A stretch of DNA of 64,000 bases from an uncultured Chthonomonadaceae bacterium (GCA_963817895.1 CAWFQB010000005.1:448001-512000); one strand, 5' to 3'. Positions 27,043 through 38,236 are shown, counted from the first letter of the stretch. Made by a program: numbers and translations. The notes: generated by a model not told the origin, from the letters alone.

Positions 27043-28347
27043 TTACATACCGGTCAGCATGGCAATTATGATCGCGATCAACGCCAGCGCGTTCAGCCCC
27101 ACGCCGATACCTGCCAGCCATAATGCGGCGGTGGCGGTTCCCTGCCCGCCGAGGCGCGGGTCGGCCTGCATCATGCGCCGCGCTTTCAGGGCGAGGTACA
27201 GCGCGATAGGAGAAAAGACGATTGCCAAACCGGTACAGCCGAGCGGCAGGCCAAGAATAGCCAGAATCAGCGCCACAGTCGCTTCTTGCGGAACTACAGG
27301 CTGCGTCACCACATACTGCTGCGCCCCGCCGTACCCATAAGCTCCGGGGGGCGCGTATCCCGCGCCATACGGCGGCTGGCCGTAGGGCGGCTGACCATAA
27401 GGCGGGGGCTGGCCGGGAATTGGCGGCTGTCCATACGGCTGCGGTTGACCGTAGGGCAGTGGCTGTCCGGGCATTTGCGCCTGCTCCGAGCGTGGCGGCG
27501 CGTATCCCGGCCCATATCCCGGCGGCGTTGGCCCGTATCCGGGCGGCGGGGGCAACGCATAGGGGTTGGCGCCGTATCCGGGCGCGTAGGGATTGAGAGG
27601 CGGCGGAACATTCGGCGGAATGGCGGGCGAATATTCGGATGCGGCGGGCAACGGCGGCGTTGCGCTCGACGCGCCTGCTGAAGCGGAATTAGCGGGCGTG
27701 CCGCTCTGATGCCCCGCCCCGTGTTCCGTCGGAAAGGCCGGGGTTGCGGAAGAGGTCGGCGTGTATTCGGAGGGAGTGGGCGCGGCGGGCAATGTAACGA
27801 AAGCGGGCGCGGCCTTGCCGAACGAGGAGTTGACCGGCCTTGCAAAGATAGGCTTTTCCCCGGCAGGCGAAGCGTCCGCGTTCGACGCAGAATTGCCGCT
27901 CGTTGAGGAAATACCACTCGAATTGGCAGCGCTTCCCGGCGCAATCGTAAGGTCCGGTTCGGAGGCGGAACGCGATTGGGCGGCAAAACTCGGCCCGTTC
28001 AAACGCGCTTCCACCCGCTCCAGAGCCTCGTGCGCGACAGGGTACTCCGCCTGTAGCAAAATGGCCTGCTGAAACGAGGACTGAGCGCCAATCAAGTCGC
28101 CGCCCTGCTCCTGCGCGATTCCCAGATTGAACCGGGCTTGCGCGCTGTCGGGCTGAAGTTCTGTGGCCCGCGATAATACCCGCGCCGCGTCCCCGTGCCG
28201 CTTCATCTGATGGTACACGCCGCCCAGATACAGGTGAGTCTCGAAATCCTCTTTATTCTGTCGGACAACCTGTTCCAGCAAAATCGCGGCTGTCGGCAGG
28301 TCGCCTTTTTGCAGCGCGGCCAAACCGTCCTCGCGTTCCCTCGCCAT
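27043..28347 (-). CDS. TPR + Pro-rich linker + DUF4190-like two-TM protein
   Basis: TPR helices at residues ~1-115; PYGQP repeats; ATVALILAILG...A....GQGTATAALWLA. Confidence 0.8.
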   Translation of the reverse strand: MAREREDGLAALQKGDLPTAAILLEQVVRQNKEDFETHLYLGGVYHQMKRHGDAARVLSRATELQPDSAQARFNLGIAQEQGGDLIGAQSSFQQAILLQAEYPVAHEALERVEARLNGPSFAAQSRSASEPDLTIAPGSAANSSGISSTSGNSASNADASPAGEKPIFARPVNSSFGKAAPAFVTLPAAPTPSEYTPTSSATPAFPTEHGAGHQSGTPANSASAGASSATPPLPAASEYSPAIPPNVPPPLNPYAPGYGANPYALPPPPGYGPTPPGYGPGYAPPRSEQAQMPGQPLPYGQPQPYGQPPIPGQPPPYGQPPYGQPPYGAGYAPPGAYGYGGAQQYVVTQPVVPQEATVALILAILGLPLGCTGLAIVFSPIALYLALKARRMMQADPRLGGQGTATAALWLAGIGVGLNALALIAIIIAMLTGM

Positions 28348-28363
28348 GTCAATCTCCTGAAAA

Positions 28364-28429
28364 TGATGAATGATGAATGATGAGTGATGAACAGAATTCT
28401 ATTCATCACTCATCATTCATCATTCATCA
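28364..28429. repeat. perfect 28-bp inverted heptamer array (TGATGAA)
   Basis: 28364-28391 is the exact reverse complement of 28402-28429; the loop contains the palindrome AGAATTCT. Confidence 0.9.
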
Positions 28430-28464
28430 ATGTTGTTTCCTCTCCACTCTCCACTGAAATGAAC

Positions 28465-30096
28465 CTAATGCGCCATCGAAGACGCCATGCCGACAAACAT
28501 TGAAGCCAGCGCGAAACTCAGGACAAAACCAATGCCTATCATCACGATGAAACTGACGATGACGGTGCCGATGGCCCCGCCCGTGGAAAGGTTCTGCGTG
28601 GCGCACAAGCCCATGCCCAGGAGGACAGCCATCCAGACGCACATGCCCAGCCCAATCAATCCCATAACCATGAGTATGCCTAATCCCATAGCCGCGAAAG
28701 GGTTGGCACGGGAAGAGCGGGAAGAGTAGGGGCTGTTATAGGGGCTGCCGTAGCCGGACTGCATACCACCGGGCGTGTAAGCTCTATTGCCGGGATTACC
28801 GAAGGGAGACCGACTGGTACTGGGCTCGGTATACTGCGCGTGGAGGAGAACGCCCTGTGGCGCGGCGGAACCCATCCGATTGCCGCCCATCATAGCAGCG
28901 CGAATCGTGCCCATAAAGCCCATTCCGATAACCATTATCGTTACCAGCACGGCGTAGGTAGGAGCCATGGAGTAGATATAGGCCCCGACCGTGCCTGAAT
29001 ATTCGCCATTGCCGCCGAACAATCGGCTCACGCCATGGATGATTCCTCCGATGATGAACACGCAAATCAGGGAAATCACCGCGCCGATAGCCGCCCCAAT
29101 TATCGCGCCTATCCCTCCGGCTATGCCCAATGTGAGCGAGGCGATTATCATATACACGCCCGCATACGCCAGCATATACGCCGTGAACATGGCGAGCGGA
29201 GCCATGAGGCCGGATGCGCCCTGCCGCGCCGCAAAGAAGGCGCGGGGCGTAAACAGCAACTGGAACCAGCCTTTATAGGCTTCCACCAGGCTGAAATTGT
29301 CTTCTATAGCCATCTGCCCCTGCGCGGGATAGGGCGACCACTGCTGCCCCTGATAGCCGGCAGGGCCGGGGGGCGGCGCTGCCATGCCGGGAGCGGCCTG
29401 CCCGTAGGCCGGCTGCGCGGGGGCAATGGGATTTCCGGCAAGGTCGTACTGCTGCGGCTCACCATAAGCCGTAGGCTGCGCGTAACCGGGCGGAACGTTG
29501 GGCTGCGCATAGCCCGATTGGACGGGTGGCACGGGCGGGGCATAGCCGGGTTGCGCCGGGGGCGCATAGTTGGGCTGCGCGGCATACGGCGCGACGGGCT
29601 GCGTTTGATCCTGCATGTAGGGCTGCGCGGTGGGCGCGGACTGATAAGCGGGCGCGGCAGGCGAGGCGTAGGTCGCTGTATTTGTGGTTGCTTCATAGCC
29701 GGTGGGCGCGGGGGCCGCGCCGTACATGCCGGTCGGTGGCGCGGCTTGCAGCGCTTTTTGCATCCGCTCGATACCCTGTTGCGCCAGCGGGTAGTTGTCC
29801 TGTAAGGCCGTCGCTCTGCGATAAGTCTCCAGGGCCTGCGCCTGCGAACCCAGCGCTTCCAGCGCGATGCCGAGATTGTACTGCGCCTGCGAACTCATGG
29901 GCAGCAGTTCGGTCGCCCGCGTCAACACGCGAACGGCATCCATATCGCGTTGTTGTTGATGGTATACGCCGCCCAGGTACAGATGCGCCTGCGCGTCCTG
30001 CGGATTCTGGGAAATGGCCGCTTCCAGTTTCGTCTGCGCGGTTGCAAAGTCGCCGTTTTGCAGCGCGGCCAGCCCTTCTTCACGTTCGTTTGCCAT
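28465..30096 (-). CDS. TPR + Pro-rich linker + Yip1-like multi-TM protein
   Basis: N-terminus paralogous to the neighbouring gene; LLFTPRAFF, IIHGVSRLFGGNGEY...AYIYSMAP, LSTGGAI. Confidence 0.8.
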   Translation of the reverse strand: MANEREEGLAALQNGDFATAQTKLEAAISQNPQDAQAHLYLGGVYHQQQRDMDAVRVLTRATELLPMSSQAQYNLGIALEALGSQAQALETYRRATALQDNYPLAQQGIERMQKALQAAPPTGMYGAAPAPTGYEATTNTATYASPAAPAYQSAPTAQPYMQDQTQPVAPYAAQPNYAPPAQPGYAPPVPPVQSGYAQPNVPPGYAQPTAYGEPQQYDLAGNPIAPAQPAYGQAAPGMAAPPPGPAGYQGQQWSPYPAQGQMAIEDNFSLVEAYKGWFQLLFTPRAFFAARQGASGLMAPLAMFTAYMLAYAGVYMIIASLTLGIAGGIGAIIGAAIGAVISLICVFIIGGIIHGVSRLFGGNGEYSGTVGAYIYSMAPTYAVLVTIMVIGMGFMGTIRAAMMGGNRMGSAAPQGVLLHAQYTEPSTSRSPFGNPGNRAYTPGGMQSGYGSPYNSPYSSRSSRANPFAAMGLGILMVMGLIGLGMCVWMAVLLGMGLCATQNLSTGGAIGTVIVSFIVMIGIGFVLSFALASMFVGMASSMAH

Positions 30097-30286
30097 GGTG
30101 GTTCCTCTCGTTAAATCGCCCGTTGTTGCTCACAGCGCAAAACTTGCTTTGCGCTGCCGTTCCTGATAAATGAGTGCAAAAACTCAGACCAACCCGTAAA
30201 AACAGGGGACATATTATGATTTTACGGCCTTTCGGCGCGATGTAAACGCCGCTACCTGTCATTACGCAAACATTCTGTAGTCGGCA

Positions 30287-31934
30287 TCAGCGCAGTTTCA
30301 CGACGCGCTCTTCCGTGCGCAGGTCGCGCTGACGCTGCAAGTCGTGAATGGTGGCGCACAGATAGCGGTTGGCGTCAATGGTGAAGTCAATGCGCAGACG
30401 CGCCTGCGTGCCCGAACCCGGCGGAGCCAGGCGCAGGGCATCGCCCTCGTTGAGCGTAATCACGCACTCGCCCTCTTCCTGCCCGGTGGGAAGCCAGTAT
30501 TCGTTGCCGTTGATGCGCTTGCCCCACGGCAGGGACACGCGCCCGCCATAGCCCACCTCGCAGATCGGCAGGCGGAACAGCTGCTGCCCTTCCGTGACCG
30601 CGTAATAGCGGGTTTCAAACGGGTTGGGCGTGGGGTAGCCCGTGCCGCGCTTGACCAAGCCGCTCGTATTCGGGTCGTTGCTGGCTGTCATTATACACGC
30701 GAATGGCGTAATCGTGGTGAACGATCTGATCCACGCTGAAGCCCGCGCCGAAGACCGCCGCGCCCTTGACAACCGCCTCGAACGGCTCCCAGTAGTGGAC
30801 GCGCTGCGGCCCGAACAGCCGCTCGAACAGTTCGCGGACACCCGGCAGCAGGGTCGAGCCGCCGACAAGCAGAATGGCGTCAATCTGCGCTTCGCTGATC
30901 TCGTGCTTGCAGTCGTCGAGCGTGGCGTCGGACAGGATTTCCAGCGTTTTGTACAGGCCGCGCTCTTCCAGCATGTCGAGGAAGTCCTGCCGGTTCACTT
31001 CGATGCGCCCGCCGCCCTGCAGCAGGAAATAGCTGCTGTCCGATACCGCCGCTTTGTTGCTCAAATCCTTTTTAATGGCCTCGGCCTGATTAAGCAGCAT
31101 GGGGCGCAGGGTATCCTGATGCGCCATCAGGCGCGAACAGCCCAAATCGGCGATCCAGCCGTCAATGGTTTCGCCGCCATAATTGGCTCCGCGCGCCGCC
31201 AGAAGAGTGGCGCGATGCTGGCCTACCGCGTCCTTGCCGCCCGAAGATGTGGGCGGATGGGTGCGGACAATGGCAAGGTCGAGCGTGCCGCCGCCGAAGT
31301 CCACCACCATGATGTGCTTTTCGTCGGTCAAATCCACGCCGTAGCCGAGCGCGGCGGCGACGGGTTCATCCAGGGTACGAAAGCGGCTGCGGGAGATGCC
31401 GAGTTTGCCCGCGATTTGCGACAGTTCGGCGCGGTACGGCTCGTAGCTTTCTACGGGAACGGTCATGGTCAAGTCCGTGACCTGTCCCTCCTTGCGCCAC
31501 CAGCGCAGGGCGCGCATGATTTTCTGCATGGCCGTCTGGTGCGGGTCGGCGCGCTGCCGCTCATACTCCCCACTGGCTTCCAGCAGCTCTTTCAGGAAAA
31601 CGGTAGCGCATTGCCGGGCGGAAATGGTCTGCGAACCCACCTGCGCGACGGACTGCTGACTGGCGCGGGCCAGCGTTTTCTTGAACGAGCGGGCGAGCGG
31701 CCCCATCGTCTGCATATCGCTGCCGTGCATAAATTCGCGGGCGGCGAGCGCGGGCCTGCCGATGATGGCGCGTTTTTCGTCCTGAAAAAAGATGGCGGAG
31801 GGAATCAGCGGCGTTCGCCAGGCCGGTTCGTAATCCGCGAGTTCTTCCAGCGCGACGGTAACGGCGTGTGTGCCAACCCACTTGGCGATCAGCGTGTTGG
31901 TCGTCCCCATATCAATGGCCCAGTGCGTTTCCAT
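30287..31934 (-). CDS. divergent Hsp70-family protein, frameshift at ~30657
   Basis: IDMGTTNT, TLDEPVAAALGY, VVDFGGGTLD, LLVGGST, EAVVKGAA; continues as VKRGTGYPTP...FTIDANRYL. Confidence 0.85.
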
Positions 31935-32101
31935 AGGTTAAGCGACGTGCCCCTTACTTTATAAAGCGTGATAAAACGTGGTCGGACCGGATGAAATTTA
32001 CCCATCGGTCGCAATTCGAAATATTTGTGAATTTGCGCACAATCTATTATACGCCTATCCGTCTGCTTCCGTGTCAAACCTTGAAGTAAAGCGATGACCT
32101 T

Positions 32102-33151
32102 TCAGGCTTTCACAGTGGCAAGACGCGGCAATTTGTTTTCCAGGTTCAGGAATAGTTCGTCGCGCAGGGGAACGTCACTGGCTTCCAGCGCGATCAGGGC
32201 GGCTCCCACGGCAAGCGACACGCGGGCGGGCGCAATCGTGGCGTTGGGCGCGACCTGCTTGACCATTTCGCGGAACGTCCGCAAAACGGCTCGCCCCGCC
32301 CGAAACACGCCCCCGACTGTGCCGACCACAACCGGCTCCTGCTCCATGTTGAGTTTGCGCAGGACGGCCTGCGCGCTCAAGGCCAGTTCTTTCCCGGCCT
32401 CGCGCAGAATTTTTCGGGCGGTTTTGTCGCCCTGCGCGGCGGCGCGGCTGACGATTTCGGCCATGTTGGTAATCTCGGAAGCGTTCAGCGTTTCCGACAG
32501 AACCGCGCGCTGCAATTGCCCTAAATCGGTCATTTCCAGATGCTTGAGCAGCAGGGTTTCCAGGAGGGTGGGCGGTTCCACGCCGTCATGGGCGCGGCAG
32601 CAGGCGTTCAGGGCGCGGCAGGCAAGCCAGTACCCGCTTCCTTCATTGCCGAGCAGCGTTCCCCATCCGCCGCATTGCGCTTGCTCACCCTGTCCATTGA
32701 GTCCGTATGCGATAGCCCCGGTTCCCGCGCGCACAACGACGCCCGGACGCCCGAACGTGACGGCATACAGAGCGAGGCGCGAACCGCTTTCAAAGATCAG
32801 GCGCGAAGTCGGGAGAACGCTCTGGCAGGCAGAGGACAGAAAATCGTTGCGCTCTTCCTCGTTCAACAGTAAGTTTGTTCGACTGTATGTGTGGGAAAAT
32901 CCGAGACAGGTTGCGGTGATGCGCGCGTTTTCCAGATCGGCCATGCGGATTGCGCCCTGCGTGGCGTCCGTCAGAGCGCGTTGGATACGCGCGGTATCGG
33001 GCATATCCTTTGTTTCGCGGTCCGAGTCGCGCGTATCTCCGCCCGCCCGCATCGCGTTGCCGTGACCGATGCCGAGGACACAGCCCGTTTCATCGGTGAT
33101 AACGGCTGTTGTCGTTGCAGTTCCCCCCTCGATTCCCAGAACATAGCGCAT
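32102..33151 (-). CDS. BadF/BadG/BcrA/BcrD-type sugar kinase (GlcNAc/MurNAc kinase-like)
   Basis: GIEGGTATT, AGTGAIAYG, GGWGTLLGNEGSGYW, VGGVF. Confidence 0.85.
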   Translation of the reverse strand: MRYVLGIEGGTATTTAVITDETGCVLGIGHGNAMRAGGDTRDSDRETKDMPDTARIQRALTDATQGAIRMADLENARITATCLGFSHTYSRTNLLLNEEERNDFLSSACQSVLPTSRLIFESGSRLALYAVTFGRPGVVVRAGTGAIAYGLNGQGEQAQCGGWGTLLGNEGSGYWLACRALNACCRAHDGVEPPTLLETLLLKHLEMTDLGQLQRAVLSETLNASEITNMAEIVSRAAAQGDKTARKILREAGKELALSAQAVLRKLNMEQEPVVVGTVGGVFRAGRAVLRTFREMVKQVAPNATIAPARVSLAVGAALIALEASDVPLRDELFLNLENKLPRLATVKA

Positions 33152-33187
33152 TACCGGCTGGCTCCAAATAGCAATTAGTATTTGCCA

Positions 33188-33215
33188 GTTCTCCACGCGG
33201 GCGCGGGATTCCTGC
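33188..33215 (-). promoter_or_regulatory. SigH-like promoter
   Basis: GCAGGAATC-N12-GGAGAAC on the minus strand, 36 nt before ATG 33151. Confidence 0.5.
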
Positions 33216-33342
33216 TTTGGCGAAGAAAACGGGCGGAATTCAAAAATTAGACACGGAAGGCGGCTCAAACTACAGCGCGAGATGCCTTGAAATTGAAACG
33301 CCGTTGGGAGGGATACGGGCGGAATTTGCGGAATAATGGGGT

Positions 33343-33873
33343 ATGAAAATACAAACATCGCGATTGTGGCTGGTTCCCGCTACGGCGGAACTTGTGGGTC
33401 TGGAAATCAGCAGCCGGGAAGCGTTCGGGCAGGCGCTCGGGGCGGACATTCCCGCAAACTGGCCGCCGGAATTGGTGGCGGACGCGCTGCCCTGGTTCCT
33501 CCGGCAATTGGAAGCGGACTCGCGCTTGTCCGGCTGGCTCTGCTGGTACGGCGTGGAGGGGAAGGGTGAGAACGGTAAACCGGTGTTGGTGGCAAGCGGC
33601 GGCTTTTTCGGCCCGCCGCAGGAGGGGACTGTCGAGGTGGGCTACTCGACCCTGCCGCAGTTTCAGGGACGGGGCTATGCGACTGAAATGGTGGAGGGAT
33701 TGATAAATTGGGCGCTCTCGCAATCCATGCTACGGCGTGTCGTTGCGGAAGCGAGTTCGTCAAACAGTGCCTCGCTGCGCGTGCTGGAAAAACTCGGCTT
33801 CGCGCAAAGCGGCATCGGACGCGAACCGGACAGCCTTCAGTTTGAGCGAACCTCTATCGCGCAGGAAAGATGA
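33343..33873 (+). CDS. GNAT (RimJ/RimL-like) N-acetyltransferase
   Basis: VEVGY...FQGRGYATE, NSASLRVLEKLGF. Confidence 0.9.
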   Translation: MKIQTSRLWLVPATAELVGLEISSREAFGQALGADIPANWPPELVADALPWFLRQLEADSRLSGWLCWYGVEGKGENGKPVLVASGGFFGPPQEGTVEVGYSTLPQFQGRGYATEMVEGLINWALSQSMLRRVVAEASSSNSASLRVLEKLGFAQSGIGREPDSLQFERTSIAQER

Positions 33874-33889
33874 ACCACAGGGTTCTCTG

Positions 33890-36800
33890 TCACAGCAGAT
33901 GCGTCGCCTGTTCCCAGGGCAGAGCGCTGCCCTCCTCCCAGGCAATAGTGAAGGCCGCTTCGCCCAGGGCGGAACGCGCTTGCTCCAGATACTGATCACG
34001 CGCTTTTCGTTTGTTGTCAGGCAGTGGGAAGCCCAGCGTTTCACGCAGCATTTCCGCCGCTCCCCATAGCTGTACGGCTTTCCCAGGTTCGGCCTGGATC
34101 AGCAATACAATCGCCAGGTCTTCCAGACTTGCCACAACGGCGGGTTTATCGTCCGGCCTTTGCAGAAGGCGCAGTCTCCTGGTATACAATGCCCGCGCTG
34201 AAGCGTAGTCGGCCTGACTTTTGGCGATGTCCCCCAGGTTGCCCAACGCCTGAGCGATCCCGCGCCTGTCCCCCAGTTCCTGAAATAGGTTCATGCTCTC
34301 TTCAATGCAAGCCCGCGCCGCTTCCCATTCGCCCGCATTGTTCAGCGCATTGCCCCTGTTGCCGAGCGACCGGGCGATCCCCTGCTTATCCCCCAATTCC
34401 CTGAAGAGGCTCAAACTCTCCTCGATACAAGTCCGCTCCAAAACAGGATCGTCTTGATTTGATGCCACGTTGCCCATGTTCAAAAGCGCGCGCGCCATGC
34501 CAAGTCTGTCCTCCAGAAACCTGGCAATGCTCAGGCTCTCCTCGAAGCAATTTTGTGCCGCCGCGTAATCCCCCTGTTGTCGCAGCACAATGCCCGTATT
34601 GCTCAACGCGAGCGCAATGCCGGCCCGGTCGTCCAGTTTTCTTTTGAGCGTCAGACTCTCCTCATACAACGTCAGCGCCGAACCAATCTCGCCAACCGCA
34701 AGAGCGATATTGCCCAGGTTGCCCAGCGGGTTGGCGATGCCCGGGGTATCTTCCCGCTCCCTTGCGATGCTCAGGCTCTCCTCGAATAACGCGCGCGCCG
34801 CGCCGTAATCGCCCTGATCATAGGCCAGCGCCCCGGCTCCGTTCAACGCCTGCGCCCGCGCCAACGTTCTCTCTTGCGCGTCCTCCCGCTCCAGCGCGCC
34901 GCGCAGATACCCCCGGCCCTCACTATAGATGCCGCGCACATACCAGAACCGCCACAACGCGCTCACCAGTCGCAATTCTGCCTTTGCCCCCGGCCTGTCT
35001 GGGGCGCTCCATGCCAGCGCCGCCCGCAGATTGTCGTATTCCCGATCCAGCCGATGCAGCCAGTGTTTCTGGCCGCCGCCTTTCAGATGCAGCGCAGCCT
35101 CCTCCGCCAGCAGCAGAAACCAGTCCCGATGTCTGTCCCGGACCTTTTCCTCTTCATTGCGCGCGCGCAGTTTCTCCGCCGCGTACTGCCGAACCGTTTC
35201 CAGCAAACGGTAACGCCCGCCGCTATTCTCTTCCGGTTCCTCAAACGTGACCAGCGACTTGTCTACCAGCCCCGTGAGCAGGTTCAGTATCTGTTCCGCC
35301 TCCATACCTCCTCCGCTGCCTGTTTGCTCCGCGGCTTCCAGCGTCCAGCCCCCCGCGAAGACGGACAATCGCCCCAGCAGCGCGCGCTCCGCTTCCGACA
35401 GCAGCGTGTACGACCAGTCCAGCGTTGTTCGTAGAGTCTGCTGCCGCGATTGCGCCGCGCGATTTCCCACCGTCAGAAGCCCCAGGCGGGAGTTCAGGCG
35501 GGCCGCGATTTGTTCTACTGTCAGCGACCGGACACGCGCCGCCGCCAACTCGATAGCAAGGGGAATGCCTTCCAGTTGAAAGCATATCTGCGCTACAGTC
35601 ATGGCGTTGCCTGGCACGAGAGCAAAGTCTTTCTGGCCGGCTTGCGCGCGTTCGACGAAGAGCTGAACACTCTCACAGGCTCCCAATACTTGCGTCAGGG
35701 CGGCATCTCCCTCCTGCAACTGTTTTGGATCCGGCACGGCCAGGGAAGGCACCTGCCAGACGGTTTCGCCCATGATGCTCAGGGCTTCCCGGCTTGTGGC
35801 GAGGATACGAACGCGCGCGCACTCCTGCAAGAGGTGTCCAACCACTTGAGCGCACGATGTCAGGAGATGTTCGCAGTTATCCAGCACCAGCAGCAGCCGC
35901 TTCGCGCGCAGATGATCGGTCAGGCTTGCCAGCAGGGAACGTTCCGGTTCCTCCCGCAGCCCCAATATGGAGGCAATCTGCGTCACAACCTGACTGCCTT
36001 CGGAGAGGGTTTCCAGGGCCACGAGCCACACGCCATCCGGGTAGGCGGTCCCGTCCTGAACGCTTTCACCGGCGACTTCGATAGCGAGCCGGGTTTTGCC
36101 GATGCCGCCTGATCCGGTCAGCGTCACCAGACGGGACCCGCGCAGTTTTGCCGCCACCTCACCGCGCTCCACTGCGCGTCCAATCAGATTGGTAAGGGGA
36201 AAGGGGAGATAGCCACTGACGGCGGGAACTCCGGCTTCATTGCCAACAGGTTCCCGCGCCAAAACAGCAGCCTGAGCCTGAGTTTGAGCCGGAGAATGAA
36301 ATTGAGACTGCGATTGTTGACGCGCTTCGGTTCGCAGGCGCGCGTAAAGCGCGCTCGTCTCCTCATCGGGAACAGCGTTGGGATCGCCGCGAAGCTGTTC
36401 AACAAACTCCCGATAAACCTGCATCGCGGCGTTGCGATCCCCACTTTTTGCCAGCGCCTCCATCCATCCGCGCCGCGCCGCCTCCGTCCAGGGATCCAGG
36501 CTGATGGCCCGCCGATAGAAAGCAATCGCGGCGGCATAGTCGCCTGCCGTCAAAGCCCTATCTGCCAGCGTTTGCAGCGCGCGCAGACAGTCTTGTTCGC
36601 GCGCATTGCGCTCCTGCCCGATCCACTCCTCGGCGCAATCTTCCAGCAGCGGCCCGCGATACAACTCCACCGCCTGTTTGAGCGCGTCCGGCTTCTGGCT
36701 GCGAATCGCGGCATCAAAGGCGAGGATGTCCACATTCGCGTCCGCCAGGTTCAGGGACAGGGTATGGCGTCCGGGCGATTGCAGCCGGACGCCCTGATCT

Positions 36801-37060
36801 CCCAGCGCGCCGCGCAATTCGCTTAAATTCGCCCGCAGGTTCGTGAAGGCGCGACCTGTGTCCGTATCGGGCCACAGAGTTCCGGCCAGCCATTCCCGCT
36901 CCACAGCCCGCCCATGCCGCAAGGTGAGCAGCGCCAGCAGCCAGAGCGCTTTGCGCGATCTCAAACGCGGCAGGGGCAGGCCATGCGCCAACACCTGCAT
37001 CGGTCCGAAAAGATGGATGGTGAGCGAAGGCGAGGCGACAGCGGAAGGTGTGACGGCCAT
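33890..37060 (-). CDS. AfsR/SARP-type regulator: wHTH-BTAD + NB-ARC-like ATPase + TPR
   Basis: LFGP..., LAGTLWPD, LYRGPLL, GSGGIGKT, LVLDNCEH, GIPLAIELAAAR, C-terminal TPRs. Confidence 0.9.
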   Translation of the reverse strand: MAVTPSAVASPSLTIHLFGPMQVLAHGLPLPRLRSRKALWLLALLTLRHGRAVEREWLAGTLWPDTDTGRAFTNLRANLSELRGALGDQGVRLQSPGRHTLSLNLADANVDILAFDAAIRSQKPDALKQAVELYRGPLLEDCAEEWIGQERNAREQDCLRALQTLADRALTAGDYAAAIAFYRRAISLDPWTEAARRGWMEALAKSGDRNAAMQVYREFVEQLRGDPNAVPDEETSALYARLRTEARQQSQSQFHSPAQTQAQAAVLAREPVGNEAGVPAVSGYLPFPLTNLIGRAVERGEVAAKLRGSRLVTLTGSGGIGKTRLAIEVAGESVQDGTAYPDGVWLVALETLSEGSQVVTQIASILGLREEPERSLLASLTDHLRAKRLLLVLDNCEHLLTSCAQVVGHLLQECARVRILATSREALSIMGETVWQVPSLAVPDPKQLQEGDAALTQVLGACESVQLFVERAQAGQKDFALVPGNAMTVAQICFQLEGIPLAIELAAARVRSLTVEQIAARLNSRLGLLTVGNRAAQSRQQTLRTTLDWSYTLLSEAERALLGRLSVFAGGWTLEAAEQTGSGGGMEAEQILNLLTGLVDKSLVTFEEPEENSGGRYRLLETVRQYAAEKLRARNEEEKVRDRHRDWFLLLAEEAALHLKGGGQKHWLHRLDREYDNLRAALAWSAPDRPGAKAELRLVSALWRFWYVRGIYSEGRGYLRGALEREDAQERTLARAQALNGAGALAYDQGDYGAARALFEESLSIAREREDTPGIANPLGNLGNIALAVGEIGSALTLYEESLTLKRKLDDRAGIALALSNTGIVLRQQGDYAAAQNCFEESLSIARFLEDRLGMARALLNMGNVASNQDDPVLERTCIEESLSLFRELGDKQGIARSLGNRGNALNNAGEWEAARACIEESMNLFQELGDRRGIAQALGNLGDIAKSQADYASARALYTRRLRLLQRPDDKPAVVASLEDLAIVLLIQAEPGKAVQLWGAAEMLRETLGFPLPDNKRKARDQYLEQARSALGEAAFTIAWEEGSALPWEQATHLL

Positions 37061-37268
37061 TGCGATTTTCTCCCAACATGGGCATCGTTCCCAAAAATTG
37101 GGCGCGCAAAACAGTATTAGCGGCGGCGGAACGTTTTTCCTCCCAAAAGAATTACGTTGCGGCTAACAGGGGCGGGGCATACTTGCTCAGGTCTGAAGCG
37201 ACAAGTAAGACCGAACCAACAAGTTTACTGCAAGTTTGCTGCTAGTTTTCTTTAAGAAAGGGAAACCC

Positions 37269-38076
37269 ATGAAGTTTCACATTCTCGCGGCCGCTCTCGC
37301 GGCGACCCTGGCTTCTTTCGGAGCCGCTGTTCCGGCCCCCGTCCTGCATCGGGCAGCGCAGGAGCAGAGCGCCAAACCGACCATTGTTCTCGTACACGGC
37401 GCGTTCGCGGATGGCACGGGCTGGCAGAGCATTATCCCGCTTCTGGAAAAAGACGGCTATCCAGTGATCGCCGCGCAGAACCCCCTTGCCTCGCTTGCCG
37501 GGGATGTCGCCACCACCAAACGTTTGATTGATGCCCAAAAGGGGCCGGTTGTGGTTGTCGGACACTCCTACGGCGGCGCGGTCATTACGGGAGCCGCCGC
37601 CGATAACCCCAACGTCAAGGCGCTGGTGTATCTGGCGGCCTTCGCTCCGGAGGCCGGGGAACCTCTCGGCGCGCCGGGCGAAAAGTACCCTGCCGCGCTT
37701 GGAAAGGCGCTTGTCCCCGACGCGGCAGGCTTCCTGACGGTTGACCGCGCCAAATTCCGGGCAGTCTTCTGCGCCGATGTGCCGGAAGAAGAGGCGCGGA
37801 TCATGGCCGCCACGCAGAAGCCGCTTGCCGGCGCGATCTTCGGCCAGTCGTATTCATACTCCGGCGTGGAAGACAATTCCCACCTGGTACCTCGTTTCTC
37901 AGGAAGATCAGGCCATCAACCCGGATCAGGAACGTTTCTTCGCCAAACGCATGGGAGCGCATACCTCGGAGATCAAGGCGAGCCATGTGGCCTTTATCTC
38001 CCATCCCAAAGAGGTCGTGGCGCTGATTGAAAAGGCGGCAGAGGCCACAGCCTCCACCACAAATACAAACAAGTGA
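37269..38076 (+). CDS. secreted alpha/beta hydrolase, frameshift at ~37851
   Basis: LVHGAFAD, VGHSYGG; continues as PAWKTIPTWYLV...D...ASHVAFISHP. Confidence 0.85.
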
Positions 38077-38236
38077 ACAGGTTAGATTCGTATCCTTTTT
38101 CTTGTTGTTTTTGTACCAACAGTCGGCGGCAAAGGGGCCGCTGATTGTCGGGACGCCCACAAACCCCATACGCAAGCATTTTGGATACTTTCAGATACGC
38201 TTGCAAGTCGCACAGGAGATCTAACAGGAGATCACG

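Noticed and set aside
37113..37142. Seventh SigH-like promoter (GGAGGAAAA-N12-CGCTAAT) for the AfsR-type gene
   Set aside because: The -10 element lacks the GAA core; too weak to count.
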